A DNA stretch of 64,000 bases from an uncultured Thermoleophilia bacterium (lineage in GTDB: Bacteria > Actinomycetota > Thermoleophilia > UBA2241). Below the pieces are notes generated by a model that worked only from the letters and a program-made list of their open reading frames with translations, did no database searches and was not told the DNA's origin. Positions 39,106 to 51,833 of this stretch are shown piece by piece. The DNA is taken from NCBI GenBank assembly GCA_963715985.1, contig CAVQSP010000014.1, forward strand, positions 192,001 through 256,000. Direction: 5' to 3'. Each line of letters begins with the position of its first letter. Within the stretch, counting starts at the first letter, position 1. The position numbers were made by a program, and so were the translations under genes.

Positions 39106-39891
39106 GTGCTGATCAGCGGCGGCGATCGTCTGCGCTACGACTGCCAGCTCGTCCTCAAGGACGTGGGCGAGCGCGGCCAGGAGAAGCTGCGGCACGCCTC
39201 TGTGCTGGTGGTGGGCGCCGGCGGACTGGGGGCGCCGGCGCTCTACTACCTCGCGGCCGCCGGCATCGGCAGGCTGGGCGTGGCGGACGACGACGTGGTG
39301 GAGCTCAGCAACCTCCAGCGGCAGATCCTGTACACCACGGACGACATCGGCAAGGGCAAGGCCGAGACGGCGGCCGCGCGCCTGCGGGCGCTCAACCCCG
39401 AGGTCGAGGTCGAGCCGTTCAGCCGCAGGCTCGTCGCGAGCAACACGCTCGACCTCGTGCGCGGCTACGACGTGGTGGTCACGGCGGTGGACAACTTCCC
39501 CACGCGCTACCTCCTCAACGACGCCTGCGTGCTCGAGCGCAAGACGCTGGTGGACGGTGCGGTGCTCCGCATGGTCGGTCTCGCCATGACCGTCAAAGGC
39601 GGTGAGACCGCCTGCTACCGCTGCCTGTTCCCGGAGCCGCCGCCCCCGGCCGCGGTCGTGAGCTGTTCCGAGGCCGGCGTGCTGGGGCCGATCCCGGGGA
39701 CCATCGGCGCGCTTCAGGCGCTCGAGGTGCTCAAGGTCATCACCGGCGCCGGGCGCCCGCTCTACGACAGGCTCATCCAGTTCGACGGCGCCGCCATGAG
39801 CTTCACCGAGGTGGAGGTGACGCGCGTCCCCACGTGCCCGGTGTGCGGCGAGCACCCGACCATCACGGAGCTGGTCGACTATGCGGAATGA
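39106..39891 (+). CDS. HesA/MoeB/ThiF adenylyltransferase
   Basis: VGAGGLG, SNLQRQ, DNFPTRY, CYRCLF, CSEAGVLG, CPVCG. Confidence 0.93.
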   Translation: MLISGGDRLRYDCQLVLKDVGERGQEKLRHASVLVVGAGGLGAPALYYLAAAGIGRLGVADDDVVELSNLQRQILYTTDDIGKGKAETAAARLRALNPEVEVEPFSRRLVASNTLDLVRGYDVVVTAVDNFPTRYLLNDACVLERKTLVDGAVLRMVGLAMTVKGGETACYRCLFPEPPPPAAVVSCSEAGVLGPIPGTIGALQALEVLKVITGAGRPLYDRLIQFDGAAMSFTEVEVTRVPTCPVCGEHPTITELVDYAE

Positions 39892-39984
39892 ACGACGTAG
39901 TCGATTCATCGTGGGGGGCGCCGCAGGCGCACCACACACTGAACGACGCAGTCCATTCATCGTGGGGGGCGCCGCAGGCGCACC
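39889..39984. repeat. Two 45-bp direct repeats (2 mismatches, 6-bp spacer)
   Basis: TGAACGACGYAGTCSATTCATCGTGGGGGGCGCCGCAGGCGCACC at 39889 and 39940. Confidence 0.92.
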
Positions 39985-39996
39985 TCGCTCCGACCC

Positions 39997-40836
39997 ATGA
40001 GCGGGACCGCCACACGCGACGACGCGACCCTGCTTCGCCTGGAGGCCGAGCTGGCGCAGCTGGGCTCGGCCTGCGTGGCCTTCTCAGGCGGCGTGGACTC
40101 GAGCCTCGTGCTGGCCGCCGCCGTGCGCGCTCTGGGCGCGGACAACGTGCTCGCGTACACGGCCGTGTCGGCGACGTACCTGCCGGAGGAACTGGACGTC
40201 GCACGGGGCCTCGCCGCGGAGCTCGGGGTGCGCCACGTCGTGGTGGAGACCCACGAGTTCGACGAGCCGTCGTTCACCGGCAACCCGCGCGAGCGCTGCT
40301 ACTTCTGCAAGCGTGAGCTGGTCGCCGGGATGAGGCGCGTCGCCGCCGAGCACGGATGCGCCGCGCTCGTGGACGGCGCCAACCTCGACGACCTCGGCGA
40401 CCACCGGCCCGGCATGCGCGCCAGTGCGGAGGGCGGCGTCGCCCACCCGCTGCTCGAGGCGGGCATCGGCAAGGCCGAGGTCAGGCGCCTGGCGCGGGCC
40501 CTCGGCCTGTCCACCTGGGACGCTCCGCAGCAGGCCTGCCTGGCCTCGCGCATCCCCTACGGCGAGCCCATCACCGTGGAGAAGCTCACGGCGGTGGCCG
40601 AGGCCGAGCGCGTGCTGCGTGAGCTCGGCTTCCGCCAGTGCCGCGTGCGCCACCACGGCGCCGTGGCTCGCGTCGAGGTGGAAGCGGACGACATCGCGCG
40701 CGCCGCGGGCCCGGCGCGCGAAGAGATCGCGCGCCGTCTGCGCGCCCTCGGCTTCACATGGGTCACGCTCGATCTCGACGGATTCCGCTCAGGCAGCATG
40801 AACGAGGTGCCGGCCGGCGCCTTCACGGGGAGGTGA
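39997..40836 (+). CDS. larE: LarE-family ATP-dependent sulfur transferase
   Basis: PP-loop AFSGGVDS, RCYFCK, DHRPG, ACLASRIPYG, GFRSGSMN. Confidence 0.93.
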   Translation: MSGTATRDDATLLRLEAELAQLGSACVAFSGGVDSSLVLAAAVRALGADNVLAYTAVSATYLPEELDVARGLAAELGVRHVVVETHEFDEPSFTGNPRERCYFCKRELVAGMRRVAAEHGCAALVDGANLDDLGDHRPGMRASAEGGVAHPLLEAGIGKAEVRRLARALGLSTWDAPQQACLASRIPYGEPITVEKLTAVAEAERVLRELGFRQCRVRHHGAVARVEVEADDIARAAGPAREEIARRLRALGFTWVTLDLDGFRSGSMNEVPAGAFTGR

Positions 40837-41612
40837 CGGCGGTGCTCGGCAAGCTCATCGGTGGCCTGCGTCGCGATCTGCACACGGCAGTCAGCGAGGT
40901 CGCCAGCGACGTGCGCGCCGTGCAGGAGCGCGACCCGGCCGCCACGTCCAAGCTGGAGATCGTCACTTCCTACGCCGGCCTGCACGCGCTGTGGCTCCAC
41001 CGCCTCGCCCACCGTCTGAACACCGCCGGCGTGCCGGTGCTGCCGCGCTGGGTGAGCCAGTTCAACCGCTTCGTCACCGGCATCGAGATCCACCCCGGCG
41101 CCAGGATCGGCAAGGGCCTCTTCATCGACCACGGCTCCGGCGTGGTCATCGGCGAGACCACCGAGATCGGCGACGACGTCACGGTCTACCAGGGCGTCAC
41201 GCTCGGCGGCACCGGCAAGCAGAGCGGCAAGCGTCACCCCACCGTGGGCGACAACGTCGTCCTCGGCGCCGGCGCCAAGGTGCTCGGGGCGGTCACCGTC
41301 GGCGACAACGCCAAGATCGGCGCCGGCAGCGTGGTGGTCACCGATGTGCCGCGCAACTCCACCGTGGTCGGCAACCCGGGCCGCCCCGTGCTGCTCGAGG
41401 GTCAGAAGGTCGGCATCCCCGACATCGACTACCGGCACCTCCCGGACCCCGTGGCCGAGGCCATCAAGTGCCTCGTGGCGCGCATCGTGGAGATGGAGAA
41501 GGAGCTCGACGAGATCCACCCGGAGAGGAGCGGCAAGCGTCAGGAGGCAGTGCGCCAGACGCAGGCCATTCTGGCCGAGTTCCTGCAGTTCGATTCCGGA
41601 GCCGGCATCTGA
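40833..41612 (+). CDS. cysE: Serine O-acetyltransferase
   Basis: RDPAA, TGIEIHPGA, FIDHGSGVVIGET, KRHPT, LPDPV. Confidence 0.95.
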   Translation: MTAVLGKLIGGLRRDLHTAVSEVASDVRAVQERDPAATSKLEIVTSYAGLHALWLHRLAHRLNTAGVPVLPRWVSQFNRFVTGIEIHPGARIGKGLFIDHGSGVVIGETTEIGDDVTVYQGVTLGGTGKQSGKRHPTVGDNVVLGAGAKVLGAVTVGDNAKIGAGSVVVTDVPRNSTVVGNPGRPVLLEGQKVGIPDIDYRHLPDPVAEAIKCLVARIVEMEKELDEIHPERSGKRQEAVRQTQAILAEFLQFDSGAGI

Positions 41613-41624
41613 CTGAAGAGGAGT

Positions 41625-41649
41625 GCGGCGCCGGGTACTCCGGCGCCGC
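41625..41649. terminator. 10-bp hairpin after cysE
   Basis: GCGGCGCCGG-GTACT-CCGGCGCCGC. Confidence 0.6.
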
Positions 41650-41651
41650 GT

Positions 41652-42047
41652 TCACATCATCGTCGGGGTGAGCAGGCGGGGCAGCACGTCCTCGACCACC
41701 AGGCCCACGGCGGACCCGTCGAGGAGCCCGAGGTCGTCCAGCACCTCCTCCGGGTCCACGAGTCCGAGGCAGCGCCAAACGGCGCCGTCGTCGCCGGCCA
41801 CGGAGAGCACGCCCTCGTCGCTGAGAAGGAGGTCGCCGGCGGGCTGCCGGATGTCGCCGCCGGCGCCGCGGATGAGCGTGTGCCCACTCTCCTTGCGGGC
41901 GACCGTGAGACCGCGCCTCTCGACCCTCCTCCGCTCGCTCGAGGTGCCTTCTCGCGCCGTTCGTTGCTGGCATCGGCGCGCCGCACGAGCGGGAACATGA
42001 GGCAGAATACCCGACCTCAACGGGAGCGCGCCCGAGCCGTCGTCCAC
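41652..42047 (-). CDS. Hypothetical protein; start uncertain
   Basis: C-terminal ~80 aa look protein-like; N-terminus does not. Confidence 0.4.
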   Translation of the reverse strand: MDDGSGALPLRSGILPHVPARAARRCQQRTAREGTSSERRRVERRGLTVARKESGHTLIRGAGGDIRQPAGDLLLSDEGVLSVAGDDGAVWRCLGLVDPEEVLDDLGLLDGSAVGLVVEDVLPRLLTPTMM

Positions 42048-42130
42048 CCTGTGGATGACCGAGGCGGAGAGGCGGGTATGCTACGATTGCAGCCTTCTCC
42101 AGCGACCCGTGAACGGAGCGTGATCTCGTC

Positions 42131-42439
42131 ATGAGCCAGGTCTTGCGTCTCGTGCTCGACGTGCTCAAACCCCACCAGCCCACCATGCTCGTGCTCGCCG
42201 ACAAGCTCGGCGACCTGGAGGGCATCCACGGGGTGGACATCACGCTCATCGAGATCGACAACAAGGTCGAGAACATCAAGATCACGCTGGAGGGCGACGA
42301 CATCGACTTCCAGGACGTCGCCGAGGTCGTACAGGAGTCCGGCGGCAGCATCCACTCCATCGACAAGGTGTCCACCGGCAAGCGGCTCATCGACGAGGTC
42401 GAGACCCCGCAGGACGCCGGCGCCAGCTGGCTGCGCTGA
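42131..42439 (+). CDS. DUF211-family protein
   Basis: LRLVLDVLKPHQP...GGSIHSIDKV. Confidence 0.85.
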   Translation: MSQVLRLVLDVLKPHQPTMLVLADKLGDLEGIHGVDITLIEIDNKVENIKITLEGDDIDFQDVAEVVQESGGSIHSIDKVSTGKRLIDEVETPQDAGASWLR

Positions 42440-42473
42440 CCGCCGCCGCGCCTGAACGCCCGGTGACGTTGCG

Positions 42474-43093
42474 GTGAGCTTCACCACCAGACCCAGTCTC
42501 AGCGCGCGCCTGCGTGAGCGTGCGGCGACCCTGCGTCACTACCACGAGATCGCGGAGGTCGGCGAGATCGCCCGCCGCTACTTCGCGATGAACGCCTTCG
42601 ACGGCGTCCTCACGGCGCTCGGCGTGCTTGTGGGCGGGTACCTCGGCGGCGTGGACAGCCCGCGCGCCATCTTCACCGTCGTGCTCACCACCGCCGTCGG
42701 CATGGGGGTCTCCGGGTTCTACGGCTCGTACCTCGTGGAGCGCGCGGAGCGTGGGCGCGCCATGCGCGAGCTCGAGGAGTCGACGCTCTCGAGCCTCCAG
42801 GACACGACCATCGCCTCCGCCTCGCGCTACGCCACCATCGTCATCGCCTTCGTCGACGGCGCCTCGCCGTTCCTGGCGGCGCTCATCGTGATGATCCCCT
42901 TCCTGTTCACCGGGGTCGTCTCGATGCACACCGCCTACTTCGCCGCCGTCGTGGTCGGTCTCGTCGAGCTGTTCTTCCTGGGCATGTTCCTGGGTGCCAT
43001 CTCGCGCGACCGTCTCTGGTTGTCGGGCCTGCGCCTCGCGGCGGCCGGCGTCATCGCGCTGGTCATCAGCCTCCTGCTCGGCGGGGGCGTGGG

Positions 43094-43097
<4 letters not shown>
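42474..43097 (+). CDS. VIT1/CCC1-like membrane protein
   Basis: ARRYFAMNAFDGVLT, YLVERAER; about 5 TM helices. Confidence 0.82.
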
Positions 43098-45442
<2,345 letters not shown>

Positions 45443-45476
45443 GGCGGCGCCGGGAGAGCCGGCCCCCCGGTGCGGC

Positions 45477-45953
45477 TCAGGGGCCGGTGCCCCACTCTCT
45501 GAGGAGCCAGCCGCCCGACGGCGCCTTCTGCAGGTACATGAACAGCGTGTGCTCTCCGGCGGGCCCCCAAGGGGTCGCGCCGGCCGCAGGCTCCACGTAC
45601 ACCGTGACCTCGAGCTGGACCGAGCCGTCGGCCTGCGCGAGTGGGGCCCGCGCCGACACGAGACGGACGTGCTCGATGTCGTCCTGAACGGCCGCCATGT
45701 CCGTGGGCGTGCCGGGGACGGAGGCGGCGAGCGTGCCGGCGAAGTCGTTCGCGTCCACGAGGCGCCAGTACTCGGCCGCCGCCTGGCGCGGTGTGCCGGC
45801 GAGCGGGCGCGAGCCGGCGGACGCAGAGGGGGACGGCGGAGGGGACGGAGCGGCGGTCGTGCCGCAGGCGGCCGCCGCCACCGCGAGAAGGATCACACTG
45901 AGCGCGGCGTAGAGCCGCCGGCGGCGTGCCGAGGTGCTGTGGCGGACTGGCAT
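45477..45953 (-). CDS. Putative lipoprotein
   Basis: Basic N-terminus, hydrophobic core, AAAC lipobox; C-terminal GWLLREWGTGP. Confidence 0.7.
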   Translation of the reverse strand: MPVRHSTSARRRRLYAALSVILLAVAAAACGTTAAPSPPPSPSASAGSRPLAGTPRQAAAEYWRLVDANDFAGTLAASVPGTPTDMAAVQDDIEHVRLVSARAPLAQADGSVQLEVTVYVEPAAGATPWGPAGEHTLFMYLQKAPSGGWLLREWGTGP

Positions 45954-46141
45954 GGCGTTCCTCTCCCCGGGCCGCGGTCGCCGGCGCCGGCTGCTTCCAG
46001 CTGACCACAGTCGTGCGCGCGTGTACAGGGTGACGATGCCGGACTCGGGGTGACGTCTCGACGCGCCCGGCGGGCGTCGCCGGCGGCGACTGCGGTAGAG
46101 TTCCCGGCGGAGCATCCACCCACCGGCAAGGAAGGTCCATC

Positions 46142-46910
<769 letters not shown>

Positions 46911-46912
<2 letters not shown>

Positions 46913-46932
46913 GCCGCGCCGCGGCGCGGCCT
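46911..46932. terminator. 22-bp perfect palindrome between convergent genes
   Basis: AGGCCGCGCCG|CGGCGCGGCCT. Confidence 0.55.
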
Positions 46933-47771
46933 CAGCCGCCCACGCTTCCGAGCAGGCGTCGCAGCACTTCCGTGACGCCCGGCGTGGCGCGCACCAGCAC
47001 GTCGGCACCCTCGGTCACCGGCTGCGGCGTCTCCTCCGTGATCGCGGCCACGGCACACGCCGCGCGGCGGGCGTCCCGCTCGGCCCAGAGGCGCAGGGTC
47101 TGAAAAGCGGTGACGTCGGTGAGGTCGTCCCCGCAGGCCATCGCCGAGAGGTAAGCGCTGTCAGACAGCAGCCGCCTCACGGCCGAGCCCTTGGAGAAAG
47201 GCAGCGGCGGCCTGATCTCGTAGGCGAAGTGCCCGGTGCCGATGGCCAGGCCGCGTGCCCGCGCCGGCTCCACGACCATGGTCAGGATGGCGTGCCGCGT
47301 GGCGGCCGGGTCCTCGGCGAGGCGGTAGTGGACGGCCAGCACCGTGCGCTTGTTCTCGAGGATGATGCCGAGCGCCTCGCAGTCGAGGTCGCGGGCGGCC
47401 TCGGCGGCCACATCCTGGACGTCGGCCACGTAGCGCTCCGCCTGCGGGTCGCTCTGCAGTGAGCCGTCCGCGGCCTGGATCTCGAGCCCGTGCGTGCCCA
47501 CGTAGGCCGCGCCGGGCACGTCGATCATCCGCCGCCCGTCATCCAGTGCGCGACCGGTGACGAATGCCACGAGGCCGAGGCGCGCCGCGAGGCGCGTGAG
47601 CAGCTCGCGGGTGGCGTCCGGCACGACCGCGTCCACGGGACGGGGGGCGATGGGGGAGACGGTGCCGTCGATGTCACAGAACAGGGCGCCCGCGCGCGGT
47701 GCCGCCGCGAACGCGCGCAGGCACGCGTCGAGCTGGTCGTCCCCCTTCAGGATCAGTGCCTCGGTGCCCAC
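46932..47771 (-). CDS. otsB: Trehalose-6-phosphate phosphatase
   Basis: HAD motifs DIDGT, TGR, GTHGLE, VHYR, KG, GDDLTD; GGAGGAGG RBS. Confidence 0.92.
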   Translation of the reverse strand: MGTEALILKGDDQLDACLRAFAAAPRAGALFCDIDGTVSPIAPRPVDAVVPDATRELLTRLAARLGLVAFVTGRALDDGRRMIDVPGAAYVGTHGLEIQAADGSLQSDPQAERYVADVQDVAAEAARDLDCEALGIILENKRTVLAVHYRLAEDPAATRHAILTMVVEPARARGLAIGTGHFAYEIRPPLPFSKGSAVRRLLSDSAYLSAMACGDDLTDVTAFQTLRLWAERDARRAACAVAAITEETPQPVTEGADVLVRATPGVTEVLRRLLGSVGG

Positions 47772-47898
47772 CGGCCTCCTCCGCGCGCGGACTGTCGCCG
47801 ACAGCGTATCGGAAGCGGCCGGGGCTACCAATGAGCGGCGACCCCGTCGGCGCCCGCCGTCAAGTTCCCCGAGGCGGTGCCGATAGGGGGGTGGAGAG

Positions 47899-48540
47899 AT
47901 GACCGACCCGTCCGACACGCCGCTCAAGACCTCCCGGGCCCGACCGCCGCGCGACACGCGCGGCGACCCCTACCTGAAGTCGATGCTGCTCGGGCTCATC
48001 GAGGACAGCTACCTGCACACCGGCACGTTCACGCAGTTCGCGGCGGAGGTGTTGCAGGTGCTGGCGTACGCCGTCACGGTGCCGGTCGCGTTCACCGAGG
48101 GGTTCCTGCGCGCTTACCTCTCCATCGACAGGGTGGTCGAGGAGGACGACGGCCGCATCACGATCGTGCCCAAGACGAACGCCAGCCTCGAGGACATCAT
48201 GCGCGATGTGGACGAGATCACCGCCCAGGTCGAGCCGGGGGCCGTGTTCAACCCGGTCGTGCGGGCGCGCCTCGACGCCGTGCACCAGGTCTCGAGCAAG
48301 GCGATGAAGTGGGACATCGACACGCTGTCGCGCATGTCCGACGACCAGCTCATGGACGTGCTGCGCCAGATGCAGGCGGACTCCGAACGCATCAGCGACG
48401 GCGAGCAGTCGGGTGCCGACGAGGCCACAGACTACGTCCGCACCAAGCTGGCCACCATCCGCCGCAACGTGCGCAGCGTCCAGGCACAGCAGGCGGCGTC
48501 CGAGGGTGCCGGTCCGGCGGCGCCCGACGCCGCCGGCTGA
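47899..48540 (+). CDS. Hypothetical protein (213 aa)
   Basis: GGAG RBS; strong GC3 bias; no family recognised. Confidence 0.8.
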   Translation: MTDPSDTPLKTSRARPPRDTRGDPYLKSMLLGLIEDSYLHTGTFTQFAAEVLQVLAYAVTVPVAFTEGFLRAYLSIDRVVEEDDGRITIVPKTNASLEDIMRDVDEITAQVEPGAVFNPVVRARLDAVHQVSSKAMKWDIDTLSRMSDDQLMDVLRQMQADSERISDGEQSGADEATDYVRTKLATIRRNVRSVQAQQAASEGAGPAAPDAAG

Positions 48541-48586
48541 GCCGCGGCAGCACCGCCCGACGCCGCCGGCTGAGCCGCGGCAGCAC
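48521..48586. repeat. Exact 33-bp tandem duplication spanning a stop codon
   Basis: CGCCCGACGCCGCCGGCTGAGCCGCGGCAGCAC x2. Confidence 0.9.
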
Positions 48587-48702
48587 CTCCCGTCCCGCGT
48601 CCGTCAGCCTGTGTCGAGCGCCGGCGTCCCTGCGCCGAGCGCACGTGCTCCCAGCCTCGCGGCGTGTCGGGTAGGATAGGCCGGCTTCTCGGAAGGGCAT
48701 GC

Positions 48703-49617
48703 ATGTCTCACTTCTCTGACAGACTCGCGACGACGATCCGCGCGCACCGCAGCGTGGTGTGTGTCGGGCTCGACCCGGTGCTCGAACGCATGCCGCCGGG
48801 CCTTGTGGAGCAGTACCGGGCGCAGGCGGCCGACCTCGGCGACGAAGCCGCCGTGGCGGCCTGCTTCGAGGAGTTCTGCGGCGGCATCATCGAGGCGGTC
48901 GCCGGCAGCGCCGCCTGCGTCAAGCCCCAGGCCGCCTTCTTCGAGCAGTACGGCGCCCCCGGCTGGGCCGCGCTCCGCGCCGTGGTGCGCCGCGCCCACG
49001 AGTACGAGCTGCCGGTCATCCTGGACGTCAAGCGCGGGGACATCGCCTCGACCGGCGCGGCCTACGGGCGCGCCGCCTTCGGCGGCGCCCCCGGCTTCTC
49101 CGCGCCGGTGCCCGGCCTGGATGCCGACGCCCTCACCGCCAGTCCCTACCTCGGGGACGACTCCCTGGAGCCGCTGGTGCGGCACTGCGCGGACGGCAGG
49201 GGGGTCTTCGTGCTCACGCGTACCAGCAACCCCGGCGCCGCGCTCCTTCAGGAGCGCGAGGTGGACGGCCGCCCGCTGTACCTCGCGGTGGCCGACCTGG
49301 TCGCACGCCTCGGCCGGGAGCACATGGGCGAGTACGGCTACAGCGATGTGGGGGCGGTGGCGGGCGCCACCGCCCCCACATCGCTGCGCCTCGTGCGCGA
49401 CGCCCTGCCGCACGCCTTCCTGCTCGTGCCCGGGTATGGGGCGCAGGGGGCCGGTGCCGACGCCCTGTGCGGAATCGCCGCCGGCGCTGCCGCCGGCTTC
49501 GTCGTCAACGCCTCGCGCTCCATCATCTTCGCCTGGCAGGAGGACGGCGTGGACTACAAGAGGGCTGCCGCCCGCGCCGCCGAATCTATGCGCAGCGACC
49601 TCGCCGCCATCATATGA
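48703..49617 (+). CDS. pyrF: Orotidine-5'-phosphate decarboxylase
   Basis: CVGLDP, KPQAAFFE, DVKRGDIAST, TSNPG, PGYGAQG, NASRSI. Confidence 0.95.
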   Translation: MSHFSDRLATTIRAHRSVVCVGLDPVLERMPPGLVEQYRAQAADLGDEAAVAACFEEFCGGIIEAVAGSAACVKPQAAFFEQYGAPGWAALRAVVRRAHEYELPVILDVKRGDIASTGAAYGRAAFGGAPGFSAPVPGLDADALTASPYLGDDSLEPLVRHCADGRGVFVLTRTSNPGAALLQEREVDGRPLYLAVADLVARLGREHMGEYGYSDVGAVAGATAPTSLRLVRDALPHAFLLVPGYGAQGAGADALCGIAAGAAAGFVVNASRSIIFAWQEDGVDYKRAAARAAESMRSDLAAII

Positions 49618-50228
49618 GCGATCAAGGACAGTACGACTCACCGCGCCGCAGGCGCCCAGCGGGCGACACGCCCGCGCCGCCGCCTGCCGGCGACGATCCC
49701 ATGGCGGTGCTCGAGGAGCGCCTCCAGGCCATGTCGCCGGGCGGAGCGCCGGCGCCCGCAACGCCCGCGTCACCGCCCGAGCCGCGGAGCCAGGCCGCGC
49801 CGCCCTCCGCGCTTCCTGCGGCACCTCGGGCGTCGCGCGGACGCCGCAAGCCGGCGGCGAGACGGCGCTCGACCTTCAGTCTCGCGCGCATCGCCGCCCC
49901 CGTCGTCTTCCTCGTGGCCGTCGTGGTCCTCGTCGCCTTGGTCTTCCAGTCCGGCATCGTCGGCAGCAGCAGCGAGACGCCCACCCCGACGCCCACGCCC
50001 AAAGCGACCAAGACCAAGGGTGGCGGCAGCGGAAACAACAAGGCCGGCACCACCGTGGCGTTCAAGAAGTACACCGTCAAGGACGGCGACACGCTCTCCG
50101 GCATCGCCGTCAAGTACGACACCACCGTCAACGAGATCCTCGCGCTCAACCCCAACATGAGCACCAGCACGCTGGTCGTGGGCACGGTCGTCCGCGTGCC
50201 CAAGCCGTCGCCGTCGCCTTCCCCGTGA
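49614..50228 (+). CDS. Membrane-anchored LysM protein
   Basis: TM helix; YTVKDGDTLSGIA...ILALNP; ATGA overlap with pyrF. Confidence 0.88.
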   Translation: MSDQGQYDSPRRRRPAGDTPAPPPAGDDPMAVLEERLQAMSPGGAPAPATPASPPEPRSQAAPPSALPAAPRASRGRRKPAARRRSTFSLARIAAPVVFLVAVVVLVALVFQSGIVGSSSETPTPTPTPKATKTKGGGSGNNKAGTTVAFKKYTVKDGDTLSGIAVKYDTTVNEILALNPNMSTSTLVVGTVVRVPKPSPSPSP

Positions 50229-50367
50229 GCGTGCGGCCGCTCTCGGCCGCCTCGCCACTCCGCTCGCTTCGCACCTTCTGACGACCCCTGCGCGGCACCG
50301 CCGCGAGTGCCGCCGGATGCTCTCTGCTCATCCCTCCGTTGGTCCCGTCAGGTGACCGTGCACCCTC

Positions 50368-50446
50368 GTGGGGGAGGCGAGTGCCGCACGGTGGGGTAAA
50401 GGCACTGGGAATTGTTGCATTGTGGGGAGAAGTGGGGTAAAGTGGC
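50368..50446 (+). promoter_or_regulatory. MraZ operator (repeated GTGGG boxes) with -10 TAAAGT
   Basis: Repeated (G)TGGG boxes, several about 10 bp apart, directly upstream of mraZ. Confidence 0.75.
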
Positions 50447-50450
50447 GCCC

Positions 50451-50888
50451 ATGCAGCGGCCGGTCCTCGTGGGGGAGTACGAACTGACGCTCGACGCGAA
50501 GAATCGCGTCGCCGTCCCCGCCCGGCTGCGGTCGGCGTTCGTGGACGGCATCTACCTCACCAAGGAACCGGAGCCGTGCCTCGGCGGATGGAACCCCGAG
50601 GAGTTCGGCAACCGCCTGGAAGAGGACACCGCAGCCACGGATCCGGGGAGCGCGGCGCGCCGCGACGTCAAGCGCGCGCTGGCCGCCAATGCGATCTTCC
50701 TGGAGCTCGACCGGCAGGGGCGCGTGACGCTCCCCATGAAGCATCTGAAGTACGCGGGCGTGACGCATGACGTGACCGTCATCGGCGCCCAGGACCATCT
50801 CGAGATATGGGACCGCGCCGTCTGGGCGCGGTACCTGGCCCGCCTGGAGGAGGAGGCCGATGTTACCGCAGCTGAGCACGCTACTTGA
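50451..50888 (+). CDS. mraZ: Transcriptional regulator MraZ
   Basis: LDAKNRVAVP and LDRQGRVTLP repeats; HLEIW. Confidence 0.95.
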   Translation: MQRPVLVGEYELTLDAKNRVAVPARLRSAFVDGIYLTKEPEPCLGGWNPEEFGNRLEEDTAATDPGSAARRDVKRALAANAIFLELDRQGRVTLPMKHLKYAGVTHDVTVIGAQDHLEIWDRAVWARYLARLEEEADVTAAEHAT

Positions 50889-51825
50889 TGAGTACGAGAT
50901 GGCCCTCGCCCACACCCCGGTCCTTCTCGACGAGCTGCTCGAGCTGCTGCGACCGGCTCGGGGCGAAGTGGCCGTCGACTGCACGTTCGGGGCCGGTGGG
51001 CACGCGGAGGCCGTGGCCGCGAAACTCGGTGCCAGGGGCCGCCTGATCTGCGTGGACCGCGATCCCAGCGTGGCGGAGTACTTCCGCGACGTGGCCCGCG
51101 ACGCGCCCTGCCCGTGCGAGCTGTATCACGGCAACTTCGCCGAGATGCTCATGGGCCTGGACGACGCCTCGGCGGACATCGTCTACATGGACCTCGGCGT
51201 CTCGTCCATGCAGCTCGACCGCCGCGAGCGCGGTTTCTCCTACGCCTACGACGCGCCGCTCGACATGCGCATGGACCCGGAGCTGGACGTCACCGCCGCC
51301 GACCTCGTCAACACGCTGTCCGAGGACGAGCTGGCCGACATCTTCCGCCGGTACGGCGAGGAGCGGTACGCCAAGAGCATCGCGCACGGCATCGTCCTGA
51401 CACGCAAGAAGACCCCGTTCACATCCACCTGCGAGCTCGTGGATGTCATCAAGCGCAACATCCCGACGCCCGCCCGCTTCGGTGCGGGCAACCCCGCGCG
51501 CCGTGTGTTCCAGGCGCTGCGCATCGTCGTCAACGACGAGCTGCAGTCGCTGGCCCGCGGTCTCGACGAGGCGTACCGCGTGCTGCGCCCCGGCGGGCGT
51601 CTCGCGGCCATGAGCTTCCACTCGCTCGAGGACCGCATGGTCAAGGAGTTCTTCAAAGGACACGCCGCCGGCTGCATCTGCCCGCCCGGTCTGCCGCAGT
51701 GTGTCTGCGGCCACGAGCCCACGTTGCGCGTGCTCACCCGCCGCCCGGTCACCCCGCGTACGCGGGAGATCGAGGTCAATCCGCGCAGCAAGTCCGCCAA
51801 GCTGCGCGTCGCCGTCAAGCTCTAG
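50860..51825 (+). CDS. rsmH: 16S rRNA m4C1402 methyltransferase
   Basis: HTPVLL, DCTFGAGGHA, DLGVSSMQLD, FHSLEDR; alternative start 50899. Confidence 0.96.
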   Translation: MLPQLSTLLDEYEMALAHTPVLLDELLELLRPARGEVAVDCTFGAGGHAEAVAAKLGARGRLICVDRDPSVAEYFRDVARDAPCPCELYHGNFAEMLMGLDDASADIVYMDLGVSSMQLDRRERGFSYAYDAPLDMRMDPELDVTAADLVNTLSEDELADIFRRYGEERYAKSIAHGIVLTRKKTPFTSTCELVDVIKRNIPTPARFGAGNPARRVFQALRIVVNDELQSLARGLDEAYRVLRPGGRLAAMSFHSLEDRMVKEFFKGHAAGCICPPGLPQCVCGHEPTLRVLTRRPVTPRTREIEVNPRSKSAKLRVAVKL

Positions 51826-51833
51826 GAGTGCAG

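Noticed and set aside
39880-39935. Selenocysteine read-through at the moeB TGA followed by a hairpin
   Set aside because: The MoeB domain is complete before the stop, and the downstream sequence is the repeat rather than a conserved extension
39889-39984. CRISPR array
   Set aside because: Only two units, a 6-bp spacer and no cas genes
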